From contig CAVZMH010000003.1 of assembly GCA_963776345.1 (NCBI GenBank), forward strand, positions 128,001-192,000: a DNA stretch of 64,000 nucleotides. Direction: 5' to 3'. Position 1 is the first letter of the stretch. Every line of letters starts with the position of its first letter. The position numbers were made by a program, and so were the translations under genes. Of this stretch, positions 40,137 through 50,499 are shown one piece after another. Source of the DNA: an uncultured delta proteobacterium (GTDB taxonomy: Bacteria > Myxococcota > Myxococcia > Myxococcales > Myxococcaceae). The notes below the pieces were generated by a model. The model ran no database searches and had not been told where the DNA came from. It worked only from the letters and a program-made list of their open reading frames with translations.

Positions 40137-40829
40137 CTAGAGCGGCTTCCCGGCGGCGCGGAGCACGTGGGCGGCGATCTCCTCCACGCCCACCCCGTGC
40201 GTCACCTGGGCGAAGACCGTCGGCCCGGCGCCCCGCATCCTCCGGGCGTCGCGGTCCATCACCGCCAGGTCTGCGCCCACGTGCGGCGCGAGGTCGGTCT
40301 TGTTGATCACCAGCAGATCCGACTGGGTGATGCCCGGGCCGCCCTTGCGCGGCACCTTGTCCCCGCCGGCCACGTCGATGACGTAGATGGTGAAGTCCGC
40401 CAGCTCGCGGCTGTACTGGGCGGCCAGGTTGTCGCCCCCGCTCTCCACGAAGAGCAGCTCGGGCGCGGGGCGGACCTCCTTCATCAGCCGCTCGAGCGAC
40501 AGGAGGTTGTGGCTGATGTCCTCGCGGATGGCGGCGTGGGGACAGCCGCCGGTCTCCACCGCCCGGATGCGCTCGGTGGGGAGCGCCTGGTTGCGCACCA
40601 GAAACTCGGCGTCCTCGCGGGTGAAGATGTCGTTGGTGACGACCCCGAGGCTCAGGCGGTCGCGCAGGAGCCGGCACAGCGCGAGGACCAGCGCCGTCTT
40701 CCCGCTCCCCACCGGGCCGCCGACGCCCACGGTGAAGGCCCGCTCCCCGGTGTCGCGCCGGAGGGGGCGCTCGCGATGGTGGTAGTGGCCGGGGTGGTCG
40801 GCGTGGGTGTGGTCGCCTTCGTGGCCCAT
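40137..40829 (-). CDS. ureG: Urease accessory GTPase UreG with His-rich N-terminus
   Basis: [28 protein letters not shown]-terminus [18 protein letters not shown]. Confidence 0.97.
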   Translation of the reverse strand: MGHEGDHTHADHPGHYHHRERPLRRDTGERAFTVGVGGPVGSGKTALVLALCRLLRDRLSLGVVTNDIFTREDAEFLVRNQALPTERIRAVETGGCPHAAIREDISHNLLSLERLMKEVRPAPELLFVESGGDNLAAQYSRELADFTIYVIDVAGGDKVPRKGGPGITQSDLLVINKTDLAPHVGADLAVMDRDARRMRGAGPTVFAQVTHGVGVEEIAAHVLRAAGKPL

Positions 40830-40844
40830 CGTCTTTCGAGCTCC

Positions 40845-41480
40845 TCAGGATTGGAACAGCCGCGAGTGGAGGCGGTCGTGCGTGCCCTGGAGCAGGTCCA
40901 GGAGCGGCGCCGGCTGTGCCAGGTCGTCGACCCCGAGCGTGGCGCACCGGCCGGCCACCTCGTCGAGCGCGGGGGCGAGGTCGACCAGCAGCCGCTGGGC
41001 CTCGTAGGTGCCGGCGAGACCCAGGCGCACGCCAGCGGAGAGGACGCCTCGCCCGGTGCTCCAGAGGAGCAGCCGGAGCGTCTCGTCGAGCGACATGCCC
41101 AGGGCGCGGAACACCGTGCCCCAGAGCGGGGCCAGGTGCATGCACAGCCCGTCGGGGACCGGGGGCGCCTCTCCCGGGAAGACCCGGCTGCAGGTCGCGA
41201 AGAACGCGCCGCCCTGCGTCCGGCTGGCGCGGTTGGCCACGTGGCTGGCGAGGAAGGCGTCGGCCCGGGCGTCGAGCCGGGCGAGCGCCGCGGGGTCGAG
41301 CCAGGCCTCGCGGGCCAGCGGGAGCGCCCCGAACCCCGCCTGCCAGAGCGCCAGCCGGGTGAAGGCGGCGAGGTCGGTCGCCTCGCCGGCCTGCGCCGCC
41401 GCCTCGAGCCCCGCCGAGTGGGCGAAGCCCCCGGTGGGAAACGCCGAGTCGGCGAGCTGGAGGAATCGCCAGGAGGACAA
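40845..41480 (-). CDS. ureF: Urease accessory protein UreF
   Basis: LQLADSAFPTGGFAHSAGLE, C-terminal HDRLHSRLFQS. Confidence 0.93.
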   Translation of the reverse strand: MSSWRFLQLADSAFPTGGFAHSAGLEAAAQAGEATDLAAFTRLALWQAGFGALPLAREAWLDPAALARLDARADAFLASHVANRASRTQGGAFFATCSRVFPGEAPPVPDGLCMHLAPLWGTVFRALGMSLDETLRLLLWSTGRGVLSAGVRLGLAGTYEAQRLLVDLAPALDEVAGRCATLGVDDLAQPAPLLDLLQGTHDRLHSRLFQS

Positions 41481-41487
41481 GGGGGGC

Positions 41488-43197
41488 CTAGAAGAGCGAG
41501 TACCGCTGGGCGAGGGGGAGGGTGCGCGCCGGCTCGCAGCGGAGCAGCACGCCGTCGGCGCGAACCTCGTACGACTCGGGGTCCACCTCGAGCTTTGGAA
41601 GCGCGTCGTTGAGCTTCATGTCCTTCTTCCCGAGGCCCCGGCAGCCGCGCACCGCCGACAGGCGCTTCTTGAGCCCGAGCCTCGCCACCGTCCCCTCGGC
41701 CAGCGCACGCGGCGAGACCAGCGCGAGGCTGGTCGCTCCCGGCGACCGCGCGCCGAACATCGGCCGCATCAGGAGCGGCTGCGGGGTGGGGATGGACGCG
41801 CCGGCGTCTCCCATCTGCGCCCAGGCGATGAAGCCGCCCTTGATGACCAGCTCGGGCCGCACGCCAAAGAAGCCCGGCTTCCACAGGACGAGGTCGGCGA
41901 GCTTGCCCACCTCGACCGAGCCCGCCTCGTGGGCGAAGCCGTGGGCGATGGCCGGGTTGATGGTGTACTTCGCGACGTAGCGGCGGATGCGAAGGTTGTC
42001 GTTGTCCCCGCGCTCCTCGGGCAACCGGCCGCGCTGCTCGCGCATCTTGTGGGCCGTCTGCCAGGTGCGGGTGATGACCTCGCCCACCCTGCCCATGGCC
42101 TGGCTGTCGCTGGACATCATGCTGATCGCCCCGAGGTCGTGGAGGATGTCCTCGGCGGCGATGGTCTCGGCACGAATGCGGCTCTCGGCAAAGGCCACGT
42201 CCTCGGGTATTTCCCGATCCAGGTGGTGGCAGACCATGAGCATGTCCAGGTGCTCGTCCAGCGTGTTCACCGTGAACGGCCGGGTGGGGTTGGTGGACGA
42301 TGGGAGCACGTGCGGCACGCCGCAGACCCGGAGGATGTCCGGGGCGTGGCCGCCGCCCGCGCCCTCCGAGTGGTAGGTGTGGATGGTCCGGCCCCCGAAG
42401 GCGGCGATGGAGTCGTCCACGAAGCCCGACTCGTTCAGGGTGTCGGTGTGGATGGTGACCTGCACGTCCTCGCCCTCGGCCACGCCGAGGCAGCAGTCGA
42501 TGGTGGCCGGCGTCGTTCCCCAGTCCTCGTGCAGCTTGAGGCCGATGGCGCCCGCGCGGATCTGGTCCAGCAAGCCCTCGGGCCGGGAAGTGTTGCCCTT
42601 CCCGGTGAAGCCCACGTTCAGGGGCAGGTCGTCGACGGCCTCGAGCATGCGGGCCAGGTTCCAGACGCCCGGGGTGCAGGTGGTGGCGTTGGTCCCGGTC
42701 GCCGGGCCGGTGCCGCCGCCGATCCACGAGGTGATGCCGCTGGCCAGCGCCTCGTCGGCCTGCTGGGGGCTGATGAAGTGGATGTGGCTGTCGATGCCCC
42801 CGGCGGTGAGGAGCAGGCCCTCGCCGGCGATGGCCTCGGTGGTGACGCCCACGGTCATCCCCGGCGTGACGCCGGCCATGATGTCCGGGTTTCCTGCCTT
42901 GCCGATGCCGGCGATGCGCCCGTCCTTGAGGCCCACGTCCGCCTTGTAGACGCCGGTGTGGTCGAGGATCAGCGCGTTGGTGATGACCACGTCGAGCGCG
43001 TCCCGGTCCGCGGCGCCGGCCTTCTGCCCCTGGCCGTCGCGCAGCACCTTCCCGCCGCCGAACTTGCATTCGTCGCCGTAGGTCGTGAGGTCGCGCTCCA
43101 CCTCGGCGACGAGCGCCGTGTCGCCCAGGCGCACGCGGTCTCCCGTGGTGGGCCCGTAGAGGTCGGCGTAGTGACGCCGGTCGAGACGGCGGCTCAT
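41488..43197 (-). CDS. ureC: Urease subunit alpha
   Basis: [46 protein letters not shown]. Confidence 0.98.
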   Translation of the reverse strand: MSRRLDRRHYADLYGPTTGDRVRLGDTALVAEVERDLTTYGDECKFGGGKVLRDGQGQKAGAADRDALDVVITNALILDHTGVYKADVGLKDGRIAGIGKAGNPDIMAGVTPGMTVGVTTEAIAGEGLLLTAGGIDSHIHFISPQQADEALASGITSWIGGGTGPATGTNATTCTPGVWNLARMLEAVDDLPLNVGFTGKGNTSRPEGLLDQIRAGAIGLKLHEDWGTTPATIDCCLGVAEGEDVQVTIHTDTLNESGFVDDSIAAFGGRTIHTYHSEGAGGGHAPDILRVCGVPHVLPSSTNPTRPFTVNTLDEHLDMLMVCHHLDREIPEDVAFAESRIRAETIAAEDILHDLGAISMMSSDSQAMGRVGEVITRTWQTAHKMREQRGRLPEERGDNDNLRIRRYVAKYTINPAIAHGFAHEAGSVEVGKLADLVLWKPGFFGVRPELVIKGGFIAWAQMGDAGASIPTPQPLLMRPMFGARSPGATSLALVSPRALAEGTVARLGLKKRLSAVRGCRGLGKKDMKLNDALPKLEVDPESYEVRADGVLLRCEPARTLPLAQRYSLF

Positions 43198-43949
43198 GGC
43201 TGCCCCCGGTGGTGGAAGCCCCGCTTCTGTGCTTCGCCGAGGAACCGGGCCCGCCCGGCCTCGGTCACCTCTCCGTCTCCGAGCGCGTTCCCCCCGTGCA
43301 CCACCCGCGCGCCGGCGAAGGCGACCAGCTGCACCGTCCTGCTCTCCCCCGGCTCGAAGCGGACGGCCGTCCCGGCGGGAATGTCGAGCCGCATCCCGTA
43401 GGCGCGGGCCCGGTCGAACTCCAGCGCCCGGTTGGTCTCGGCGAAGGGGTAGTGGCTGCCCACCTGGATGGGCCGGTCGCCGCGGTTGAGCACCGCGAGG
43501 CTCACCGTCTCGCGGCCGGCGTTCAGCTCGATGTCGCCCTGCGCGGCCATCACCTCGCCCGGCGTCGGGATCTCGCCGGCGGGGGGGAAGGCCTTGGGCA
43601 CGGGGAGGAAGCTGCCGTGGAGCGCGAGCCCGAGGTCTCCCTGCTCGACGGCGATCGGGTGGTGCACGGTGACCAGCTTGGTGCCGTCCGGGAAGGTGCC
43701 CTCCACCTGCACCTCGGCGATGAGCTCGGCGACGCCGGGGAGCACCTGCGCCCGGCCGAGCATCCGGCGGCCCAGGTCCATGAGCTCGGCCACGCTCCGC
43801 CCCTCGCGGATGAACTCCAGGATCTGCGCGGAGATCAGCGCCACCGCCTCCGGATAGTTGAGGCGGAGCCCGCGGGCGAGGCGCTTCTGGGCGAGGGCTC
43901 CCGCGCCGTGAAGGATGAGCTTGTCGATGTCACGCGGCGACAGATGCAT
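43194..43949 (-). CDS. ureAB: Fused urease gamma/beta subunit
   Basis: Gamma part [10 protein letters not shown]...[14 protein letters not shown], linker [15 protein letters not shown], beta part [15 protein letters not shown]...[15 protein letters not shown]. Confidence 0.96.
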   Translation of the reverse strand: MHLSPRDIDKLILHGAGALAQKRLARGLRLNYPEAVALISAQILEFIREGRSVAELMDLGRRMLGRAQVLPGVAELIAEVQVEGTFPDGTKLVTVHHPIAVEQGDLGLALHGSFLPVPKAFPPAGEIPTPGEVMAAQGDIELNAGRETVSLAVLNRGDRPIQVGSHYPFAETNRALEFDRARAYGMRLDIPAGTAVRFEPGESRTVQLVAFAGARVVHGGNALGDGEVTEAGRARFLGEAQKRGFHHRGQP

Positions 43950-44718
43950 CGAGCCTCCAGGGGTCGTCCCCGAGCAGCGAGGGAAGGGTGGCGAGGTGGC
44001 TGCGCAGCCGGTTCACCAGCTGCTGGACGGAGCCGGCGGCGAGCCGGAGCACCAGCGCTCCGTCCCGGAGCGGGCTCGCCGACTCGACGAGCGGTGCGCC
44101 GGGGAGCGCCGGACCGGCGTCCACCCGCGCGCGGACCGCCTCGGCCATCCCGCCGAAGAGGGGCCCGGCGAGGAGCAGGGTGCCGAGGGCCCCGAAGCGG
44201 CCCATCCGCACGTCGAGTGGACCGTGCGCGGGGTCGAGGAGCCAGGTCTCGTCCAGGAACGGCAGGACGCGGAGCGTGCTCCTGACCTCGGTGAAGCCCC
44301 AGCGCTCGCGGCCGGCGGAGAGCACCTCCCAGAGCGCCAGCGACGCTCCCGGCCCGAGCGTGACCTCGGTGCGCTGGAGATGGCGCGCGCCCGCGAAGCA
44401 GGCCGTGGGGTCGGGCGCGAGCACCAGCGCTGCGCCCTCAGCCACCCGGGCCACGGTCTCCGACGCGCAGCCCCGGGCGGAGCGGAAGACCCGGGTCGGT
44501 CCCTGCGAGGAGACGAAGGCGCACGCGCCGGGGCCCACCGCGATGTCCAGCTGGAGCCGGTCGCCGTCCACCAGCCCGCCTCCGAGCGTGCTGGTGTAGG
44601 CCCAGGCCGCGGTGCCGTGGTTTCCCGGGGTGAGCAGCCGAAGCGGGCTCTCGGCGTAGGCGCTCTCCACCGCCGTCCGCGTCCCGGCCTGCCGGAAGGC
44701 AAGGTGGCCCCGAGCCAT
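43930..44718 (-). CDS. ureD: Urease accessory protein UreD
   Basis: [33 protein letters not shown]; directly upstream of ureAB. Confidence 0.88.
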   Translation of the reverse strand: MARGHLAFRQAGTRTAVESAYAESPLRLLTPGNHGTAAWAYTSTLGGGLVDGDRLQLDIAVGPGACAFVSSQGPTRVFRSARGCASETVARVAEGAALVLAPDPTACFAGARHLQRTEVTLGPGASLALWEVLSAGRERWGFTEVRSTLRVLPFLDETWLLDPAHGPLDVRMGRFGALGTLLLAGPLFGGMAEAVRARVDAGPALPGAPLVESASPLRDGALVLRLAAGSVQQLVNRLRSHLATLPSLLGDDPWRLDASVAA

Positions 44719-44739
44719 GGGAGTGCCTTGTAGCGCGGA

Positions 44740-45429
44740 TCACACCGCGAGGTGCTTGCGGACCTGCGCCGGATCCAGGTCGGCGATGCGCCCGCGGAGC
44801 ACGATCTCTCCCCGGGACAGGACGGCGCAGTGCTCGGCCAGCTCCAGGGCGAAGTCCAGGTACTGCTCCACCAGGACGATGGTGATCTTCCGCTCCAGCA
44901 GCGTCCGGAGCACCCGGCCGATCTCCTTGATGGTCGAGGGCTGGATTCCCTCCGTCGGCTCGTCGAGCAGGAGCAGCCGGGGCCGCGAGACGAGGGCCCG
45001 GGCGATGGCCAGCTGCTGCTGCTGGCCGCCCGAGAGGTCGCCGCCGCGCCGGTTCCGCATGGTGCGGAGGATGGGGAAGAGCTCCTCCAGCTCCGAGCGT
45101 GGGACGGTGCTCCCCTGGGCCGCCGACTCGCCGACGCTCAGGTTCTCGGCCACCGTGAGCCGGGAGAAGATGTCCCGGCCCTGCGGCACGTAGCTCATCC
45201 CGCGGCGGGCGCGCTGGTAGGACGGCAGCCGGGTCACGTCCTCGCCGCCGAGCTGCACGCTCCCGGACCTCACCGGCAGCTCGCCGATCAGGCAGCGGAG
45301 GAGCGTGGTCTTTCCCACGCCGTTCCGCCCGAGCAGCGCGGTGCAGGTCCCGGCCGGGACGTCGAGGTCGATGCCCCGGAGGGTGTGGCTCCCGCCGTAG
45401 TACTGGTCGAGTCCGTGCACGCTCAGCAT
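44740..45429 (-). CDS. urtE: Urea ABC transporter ATP-binding subunit
   Basis: DQYYGGSHTLR, GRNGVGKTT, YVPQGRDIF, LSGGQQQQL, DEPTEGIQPS. Confidence 0.93.
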   Translation of the reverse strand: MLSVHGLDQYYGGSHTLRGIDLDVPAGTCTALLGRNGVGKTTLLRCLIGELPVRSGSVQLGGEDVTRLPSYQRARRGMSYVPQGRDIFSRLTVAENLSVGESAAQGSTVPRSELEELFPILRTMRNRRGGDLSGGQQQQLAIARALVSRPRLLLLDEPTEGIQPSTIKEIGRVLRTLLERKITIVLVEQYLDFALELAEHCAVLSRGEIVLRGRIADLDPAQVRKHLAV

Positions 45430-46184
45430 CAGCGCCCCAGGTAGACGTCGATGACTCTTGGATCCTCGCGGATGGCCTCCATGGTTCCCTCCGCCAGCAC
45501 CCGCCCCTCGTGGAGCACGGTGACCTTCCTGGCGATGCTGTCGACGAAGTGCATGTCGTGCTCCACCACCACCAGCGAGTGCTTGCCGGCCAGCGACTCC
45601 AGCAATTCCCCGGTCCGCGCCGTCTCCTCGTCGCTCATCCCGGCCACCGGCTCGTCGAGCAGGAGCAGCCCCGGGTCCTGCACCAGGAGCATCCCGATCT
45701 CCAGCCACTGCTTCTCGCCGTGGGAGAGGAGGTCGGCGCGGATGCCGCCCTTGCTCCGCAGCCCGATGAGCCCCAGCACCTCGTCGATGCGCGCGTCCTG
45801 CTCAGGGGTCCGGCGGGCGCGGAGCGTGGGGAAGACCCGCTTGTCGGTCTTCAGCGACAGCTCGAGGTTCTCGAGCACGGTATGGGCGCGGAAGATGGTG
45901 GGCTTCTGGAACTTCCGGCCGATGCCGGCATGGACGATCTCCGCCTCGGAGAGGCGGGTGAGGTCGTGGGCCTCGCCGTACTGCACGTCGCCGGTGTCCG
46001 GGCGGGTGCGGCCGGTGATGACGTCCATCAGGGTGGTCTTCCCGGCGCCGTTGGGCCCGATGATGCAGCGGAGCTCGCCGGGCTCCACCAGGAGGCTGAG
46101 CGAGTCGAGCGCCTTGAAGCCGTCGAAGCTCACGGTGACGCCGCTCAGGTAGAGGACCGGTCCGGCCGGGGTGTCCAGGTTCAC
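45429..46184 (-). CDS. urtD: Urea ABC transporter ATP-binding subunit
   Basis: VSFDGFKAL, IIGPNGAGKTT, GIGRKFQKP, LSHGEKQWLEIGM. Confidence 0.93.
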   Translation of the reverse strand: MNLDTPAGPVLYLSGVTVSFDGFKALDSLSLLVEPGELRCIIGPNGAGKTTLMDVITGRTRPDTGDVQYGEAHDLTRLSEAEIVHAGIGRKFQKPTIFRAHTVLENLELSLKTDKRVFPTLRARRTPEQDARIDEVLGLIGLRSKGGIRADLLSHGEKQWLEIGMLLVQDPGLLLLDEPVAGMSDEETARTGELLESLAGKHSLVVVEHDMHFVDSIARKVTVLHEGRVLAEGTMEAIREDPRVIDVYLGR

Positions 46185-47311
46185 GATCCCCCCTCGCGCC
46201 AGAGGAGCCCGAGCACCCCGCGCGGGAGCCAGCGGGTCACCACGATGAAGGCGAGCCCGAGCACGAAGAGCCACAGCTCGGGGACGGCGACGGTGAGGAC
46301 GCTCTTCGCCCCGTTGACCAGCGCCGCGCCGAGGATCGGCCCGAGCAGCGTGCCCCGTCCGCCCACCGCCACCGCGATGGCGATCTCCACCGAGTTGGCG
46401 GGGGACATCTCGCCCGGGTTGATGATGCCCACCTGGGGCACGTAGAGCGCGCCGGCGATGCCGCAGATGGCGGCGGAGAGCGTCCAGACGAAGAGCTTGA
46501 ACGCGACCGGGTCGTAGCCGCAGAAGCGCACGCGGTCCTCCGCGTCCCGGATGGCGGTGAGCACCCGGCCCAGCTTGGAGAGCACCAGGGCGCGGCAGAG
46601 GACCACCGCGCCCAGGAGGAGGGTGGCCGAGAGCATCAGCAGCACCACCCGGGTGCGCGGGCTGGTGAGCGAGAAGCCCAGGATGCGCTTGAAGTCGGTG
46701 AAGCCGTTGTTCCCGCCGAACCCGGTCTGGTTCCGGAAGAAGAGCAGCATCGCGGCGTAGGTGAGCGCCTGGGTGATGATGGAGAAGTAGACGCCGCGGA
46801 TGCGCGAGCGGAAGGCGAACCAGCCGAAGACGAAGGCCAGGAGCGCCGGTGCCAGCACCACCAGCAGCGCCTGCTGGAGGAAGTGGTCCGAGCCGAGCCA
46901 GTACCAGGGCAGCTCCTTCCAGTCGAGGAACACCATGAAGTCGGGCAGGAGGGGATCGCCGTACACGCCCTCCCGGCCGATGGCCCGCATCAGGTACATG
47001 CCCATCGCGTAGCCGCCGAGGGCGAAGAACAGCCCGTGGCCCAGCGAGAGGATGCCGGTGTAGCCCCAGACCAGATCCATCGCCAGGGCCACCGTGGCGT
47101 AGCAGAGGATCTTCCCCACCAGGGTGACCGTGTAGTCCGAGAGGTGGAGCGCCGAGCTGGCCGGCACCGCGAGGTGGAGCAGGGGCACCGCGACCACCAG
47201 CACGCCGTAGACGGCGAGGATGACCGCCCAGACCCTGCGCGGGTAGAGCGGCCGGCCGGGCCTGGCGGGCGCGACGACCGAGGGCGGGAAGGCGACGGTG
47301 GCCGTGCTCAC
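46181..47311 (-). CDS. urtC: Urea ABC transporter permease
   Basis: DLVWGYTGILSLGHG, LPDFM, RIRGVYFSIITQA, GGNNGFTDFK. Confidence 0.93.
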   Translation of the reverse strand: MSTATVAFPPSVVAPARPGRPLYPRRVWAVILAVYGVLVVAVPLLHLAVPASSALHLSDYTVTLVGKILCYATVALAMDLVWGYTGILSLGHGLFFALGGYAMGMYLMRAIGREGVYGDPLLPDFMVFLDWKELPWYWLGSDHFLQQALLVVLAPALLAFVFGWFAFRSRIRGVYFSIITQALTYAAMLLFFRNQTGFGGNNGFTDFKRILGFSLTSPRTRVVLLMLSATLLLGAVVLCRALVLSKLGRVLTAIRDAEDRVRFCGYDPVAFKLFVWTLSAAICGIAGALYVPQVGIINPGEMSPANSVEIAIAVAVGGRGTLLGPILGAALVNGAKSVLTVAVPELWLFVLGLAFIVVTRWLPRGVLGLLWREGGS

Positions 47312-48921
47312 CCCTCCTCCAGCGCCCGTCCGCGCAGCGCAAAGAGCCCCTGCGGGCGGCGCTGGATGAAGAGGATGACGAACGCCAGGACGACGATCTT
47401 CGCCATCACTGCGCCCGCCCACGGCTCGAGCAGCTTGTTCACCACCCCCAGGCTGCCGGCGGCGATGGTGGTGCCCGCGAGCTGGCCCACTCCTCCCAGC
47501 ACCACCACCATGAAGCAGTCGACGATGAAGCCCTGGCCCAGCTCGGGGCCCACGTTGCCGATCTGCGAGAGCGCGCAGCCGCCGAGCCCGGCGATGCCCG
47601 AGCCGACGGCGAAGGCGAGCAGGTCGATGCGCGGCGTGGGCACGCCCAGGCCCGCCGCCCGCTGCCGGTCCTGGGTGACGGCGCGGACCAGGAGCCCCAG
47701 CCGGGTGCGGGTGAGCAGGGCCCAGACGCCGAGCAGCACCCCGGCGGAGAAGAGGAGGATGACGATCCGGTTCCAGGGCAGGACCAGGTCCGGGAGCAGG
47801 GTGACGCCGCCGGACATCCAGCTCGGGTTCGAGACCTCGACGTTCTGGGCGCCGAAGGCCACGCGCACCGTCTGGATGATGAGGAGGCTCGCGCCCCAGG
47901 TGGCGAGCAGCGTCTCCAGCGGACGTCCGTAGAGCTTCCGGACCACCGTCACCTCGAGCAGCGCGCCCACCAGCGCGGCGGCGAGGAACGAGGCGGGGAG
48001 GGCGGCGAGCAGGTACCAGTCGAAGGCCCGCGAGCCCCGGAACGCGGTCTGCACCAGCCAGGTGGCGTAGGCGCCCACCATCAGGAGCTCGCCGTGGGCC
48101 ATGTTGATGACCCCCATCAAGCCAAAGGTGATTGCCAGCCCCAGCGCCGCGAGCAGGAGGATGCTCCCCAGGCTGAGCCCGGAGAAGGCCAGCCCCACCA
48201 TCGCCGCGCGCTGGAGCGCCAGGTCCACGCCTCGGATGGCGTCCTTGAGAACGGCGAGCACCTCGGGGTCCTGCTCCACCTCCAGCCGCTGCATCAGCTG
48301 CCGCTTGGCGTGTGCCTTGCGCAGCTCGTCGATCGCTGCCAGTCGCTGGGCCGGGTCGGCACTGGCCAGGGCGAGCATCGCCGCGGTGGCGCGGAGGGCC
48401 TCCTTGACCTGGGGGTCCCTCTCCCGGGCGAGCGCCTTCTGGACCGCGGGGAGGACCTCGGGGGCGGGGTTCTCTTGCAGCACGCGGGCGGCGGCGAGCC
48501 GCTCGGCGGCCGTGCCGGAGAAGAGCCCCAGCGCGGCCACGGCCCGCTCCAGCGTCCGCCGGAGCCGGTTGTTGATGGTCACCTGCTCCAGCTGGTCCCG
48601 ATCGACCGACGCTGGCGTCCCGGTGAGCGCGTCCTGCAGCGTGCCCTGGTGGTCGACCAGGACCGTCTGGCCGACGTAGAGGTTCCCCTCGAGGAGCGCG
48701 CGAAGGACGGGCAGAGCCTGCACGTCGGTCGCCTCCACCAGGGCGGCGATGGTGTCGTCGCGCGACTCGGGCTTGACCAGCCTGTCCAGGGTGGCGGCAT
48801 CGAGCGTGAGCGTGGGGGCGCGCTCCGGCGGCGGCGGCGCCGCAGCGCGGGTCGCCACCGCCGTGAGCACGGTCAGGAGGAGCAGGGGACGGCGCAGGTC
48901 AGCGCTCGGCACGCTTCTCAT
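47308..48921 (-). CDS. urtB: Urea ABC transporter permease with N-terminal periplasmic domain
   Basis: INNRLR, GLAITFGLMGVINMAHGE, LYGRPLETLLATWG, RPQGLF. Confidence 0.93.
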   Translation of the reverse strand: MRSVPSADLRRPLLLLTVLTAVATRAAAPPPPERAPTLTLDAATLDRLVKPESRDDTIAALVEATDVQALPVLRALLEGNLYVGQTVLVDHQGTLQDALTGTPASVDRDQLEQVTINNRLRRTLERAVAALGLFSGTAAERLAAARVLQENPAPEVLPAVQKALARERDPQVKEALRATAAMLALASADPAQRLAAIDELRKAHAKRQLMQRLEVEQDPEVLAVLKDAIRGVDLALQRAAMVGLAFSGLSLGSILLLAALGLAITFGLMGVINMAHGELLMVGAYATWLVQTAFRGSRAFDWYLLAALPASFLAAALVGALLEVTVVRKLYGRPLETLLATWGASLLIIQTVRVAFGAQNVEVSNPSWMSGGVTLLPDLVLPWNRIVILLFSAGVLLGVWALLTRTRLGLLVRAVTQDRQRAAGLGVPTPRIDLLAFAVGSGIAGLGGCALSQIGNVGPELGQGFIVDCFMVVVLGGVGQLAGTTIAAGSLGVVNKLLEPWAGAVMAKIVVLAFVILFIQRRPQGLFALRGRALEEG

Positions 48922-50140
48922 TGCCGGGGATGAACGGGCTCCAGGGCTGGGCGCGGACGGGCTTGGTGGTCTTCCACACCACGGAGAACTGCCCGTTGCC
49001 CTGCACCTCGCCGATCATCACCGGCTTCCACAGGTGATGGTTGGTCTCGTCCATCTTCAGCGTGAAGCCCGAGGGCGCGGGGAAGGTCTGCCCGCTCATC
49101 GCCGTGCGCACCGCGTCCACCTTGGTCGTCCCGGCCTTCTTCACCGCCTGGGCCCACATGTGGATGCCGACGTAGGTGGCCTCCATCGGGTCGTTGGTGA
49201 CGCGCCCGTCGCCGCCCGGCAGGCCGGTCTTCTTCACGTAGGCCTTCCACTGGTTGATGAAGGCGGTGTTCACCGGGTTCTTCACCGACATGAAGTAGTT
49301 CCAGGCGGCCAGGTGACCCACCAGCGGCTTGGTGTCGATGCCCCGCAGCTCCTCCTCGCCGACCGAGAAGGCCACCACCGGGATGTCGGTCGCCTTCAGG
49401 CCCTGGTTGCCCAGCTCCTTGTAGAAGGGGACGTTCGAGTCGCCGTTGATGGTGGAGACGACCGCGGTGTGGCCGCCCGCGCCGAACGCTTTGATCTGCG
49501 CGACGATGGTCTGGTAGTCGCTGTGACCGAAGGGCGTGTACGTCTCCTGGATGTCCTTGTCGGTGATTCCCTTGGAGTGCAGGAAGGCCCGGAGGATCTT
49601 GTTGGTGGTCCGGGGGTAGACGTAGTCGGTTCCGAGGAGGAAGAAGCGGGTCGCGCCGCCGCCCTCCTTGGACATGAGGTATTCCACCGCGGGGATGGCC
49701 TGCTGGTTCGGCGCCGCGCCGGTGTAGAAGACGTTCTTGCTCAGCTCCTCACCCTCGTACTGCACCGGGTAGTAGAGCAGGCCGTTCAGCTCCTCGAAGA
49801 CCGGGAGCACCGACTTCCGCGAGACCGAGGTCCAGCAGCCGAAGACCGCCGCGACCTTGTCCTTGGTGAGCAGCTGGCGGGCCTTCTCCGCGAAGAGCGG
49901 CCAGTTGGAGGCGGGGTCCACCACCACGGGCTCGATCTTCTTCCCCAGCACGCCGCCCTTGGCGTTGATCTCCTCGATGGTCATCAGCGCGACGTCCTTC
50001 AGGGAGGTCTCGCTGATCGCCATCGTCCCCGAGAGCGAGTGGAGGATGCCGACCTTGATGGTCTCCTCGGCGCGGGTCTGGGCCGCCGACAAGAGGGTGA
50101 GAGTGAACGCCAGCGCAGCGAGCCTGAGGCTCTTGATCAT
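48899..50140 (-). CDS. urtA: Urea ABC transporter substrate-binding protein
   Basis: Signal peptide, GILHSLSGTMAISE, DPASNWPLFAEKA, FGCWTSVSRK, YPVQYEG, GTDYVYPR; SD GGAG. Confidence 0.96.
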   Translation of the reverse strand: MIKSLRLAALAFTLTLLSAAQTRAEETIKVGILHSLSGTMAISETSLKDVALMTIEEINAKGGVLGKKIEPVVVDPASNWPLFAEKARQLLTKDKVAAVFGCWTSVSRKSVLPVFEELNGLLYYPVQYEGEELSKNVFYTGAAPNQQAIPAVEYLMSKEGGGATRFFLLGTDYVYPRTTNKILRAFLHSKGITDKDIQETYTPFGHSDYQTIVAQIKAFGAGGHTAVVSTINGDSNVPFYKELGNQGLKATDIPVVAFSVGEEELRGIDTKPLVGHLAAWNYFMSVKNPVNTAFINQWKAYVKKTGLPGGDGRVTNDPMEATYVGIHMWAQAVKKAGTTKVDAVRTAMSGQTFPAPSGFTLKMDETNHHLWKPVMIGEVQGNGQFSVVWKTTKPVRAQPWSPFIPGNEKRAER

Positions 50141-50179
50141 TCCGGTCTCCTTCGGCCTGCATGGGCCGACACCGGAGGT

Positions 50180-50294
50180 TGCAAGCGCCGGACCACGCAC
50201 ACCCGGGCCCGCTTTCCCTGTGGAGCGCGTTCGGCTGACATCCGGGCCGAACGACAAAAGCGTAGGAACTGCCTCAAAAGCTGACGAAGCTGTC
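50180..50294 (-). promoter_or_regulatory. Sigma54 promoter of the urt-ure operon with paired GAC-N6-GT(C/A) upstream sites
   Basis: Minus-strand TGGTCCGGCGCTTGCA at 50195-50180; sites at 50253-50264 and 50283-50294. Confidence 0.7.
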
Positions 50295-50499
50295 TGGAGC
50301 CTGCCGACCGGTCGGAAATCGACGCCGGGGGCGCCGGCCAGCCGTTCCGGGCCTTGACGCGGCTCGCCAGACGGAATTGTCGGATCACACGATCAGGTGA
50401 CGATTTTGTCACCGCGCCACGACGGTCGGGTCGGGGCGCGCGTGTCACCGGGAGACGTGGTAACCGGCGGCCGACCCGCCTCGGCGACACTTGGCCGTG

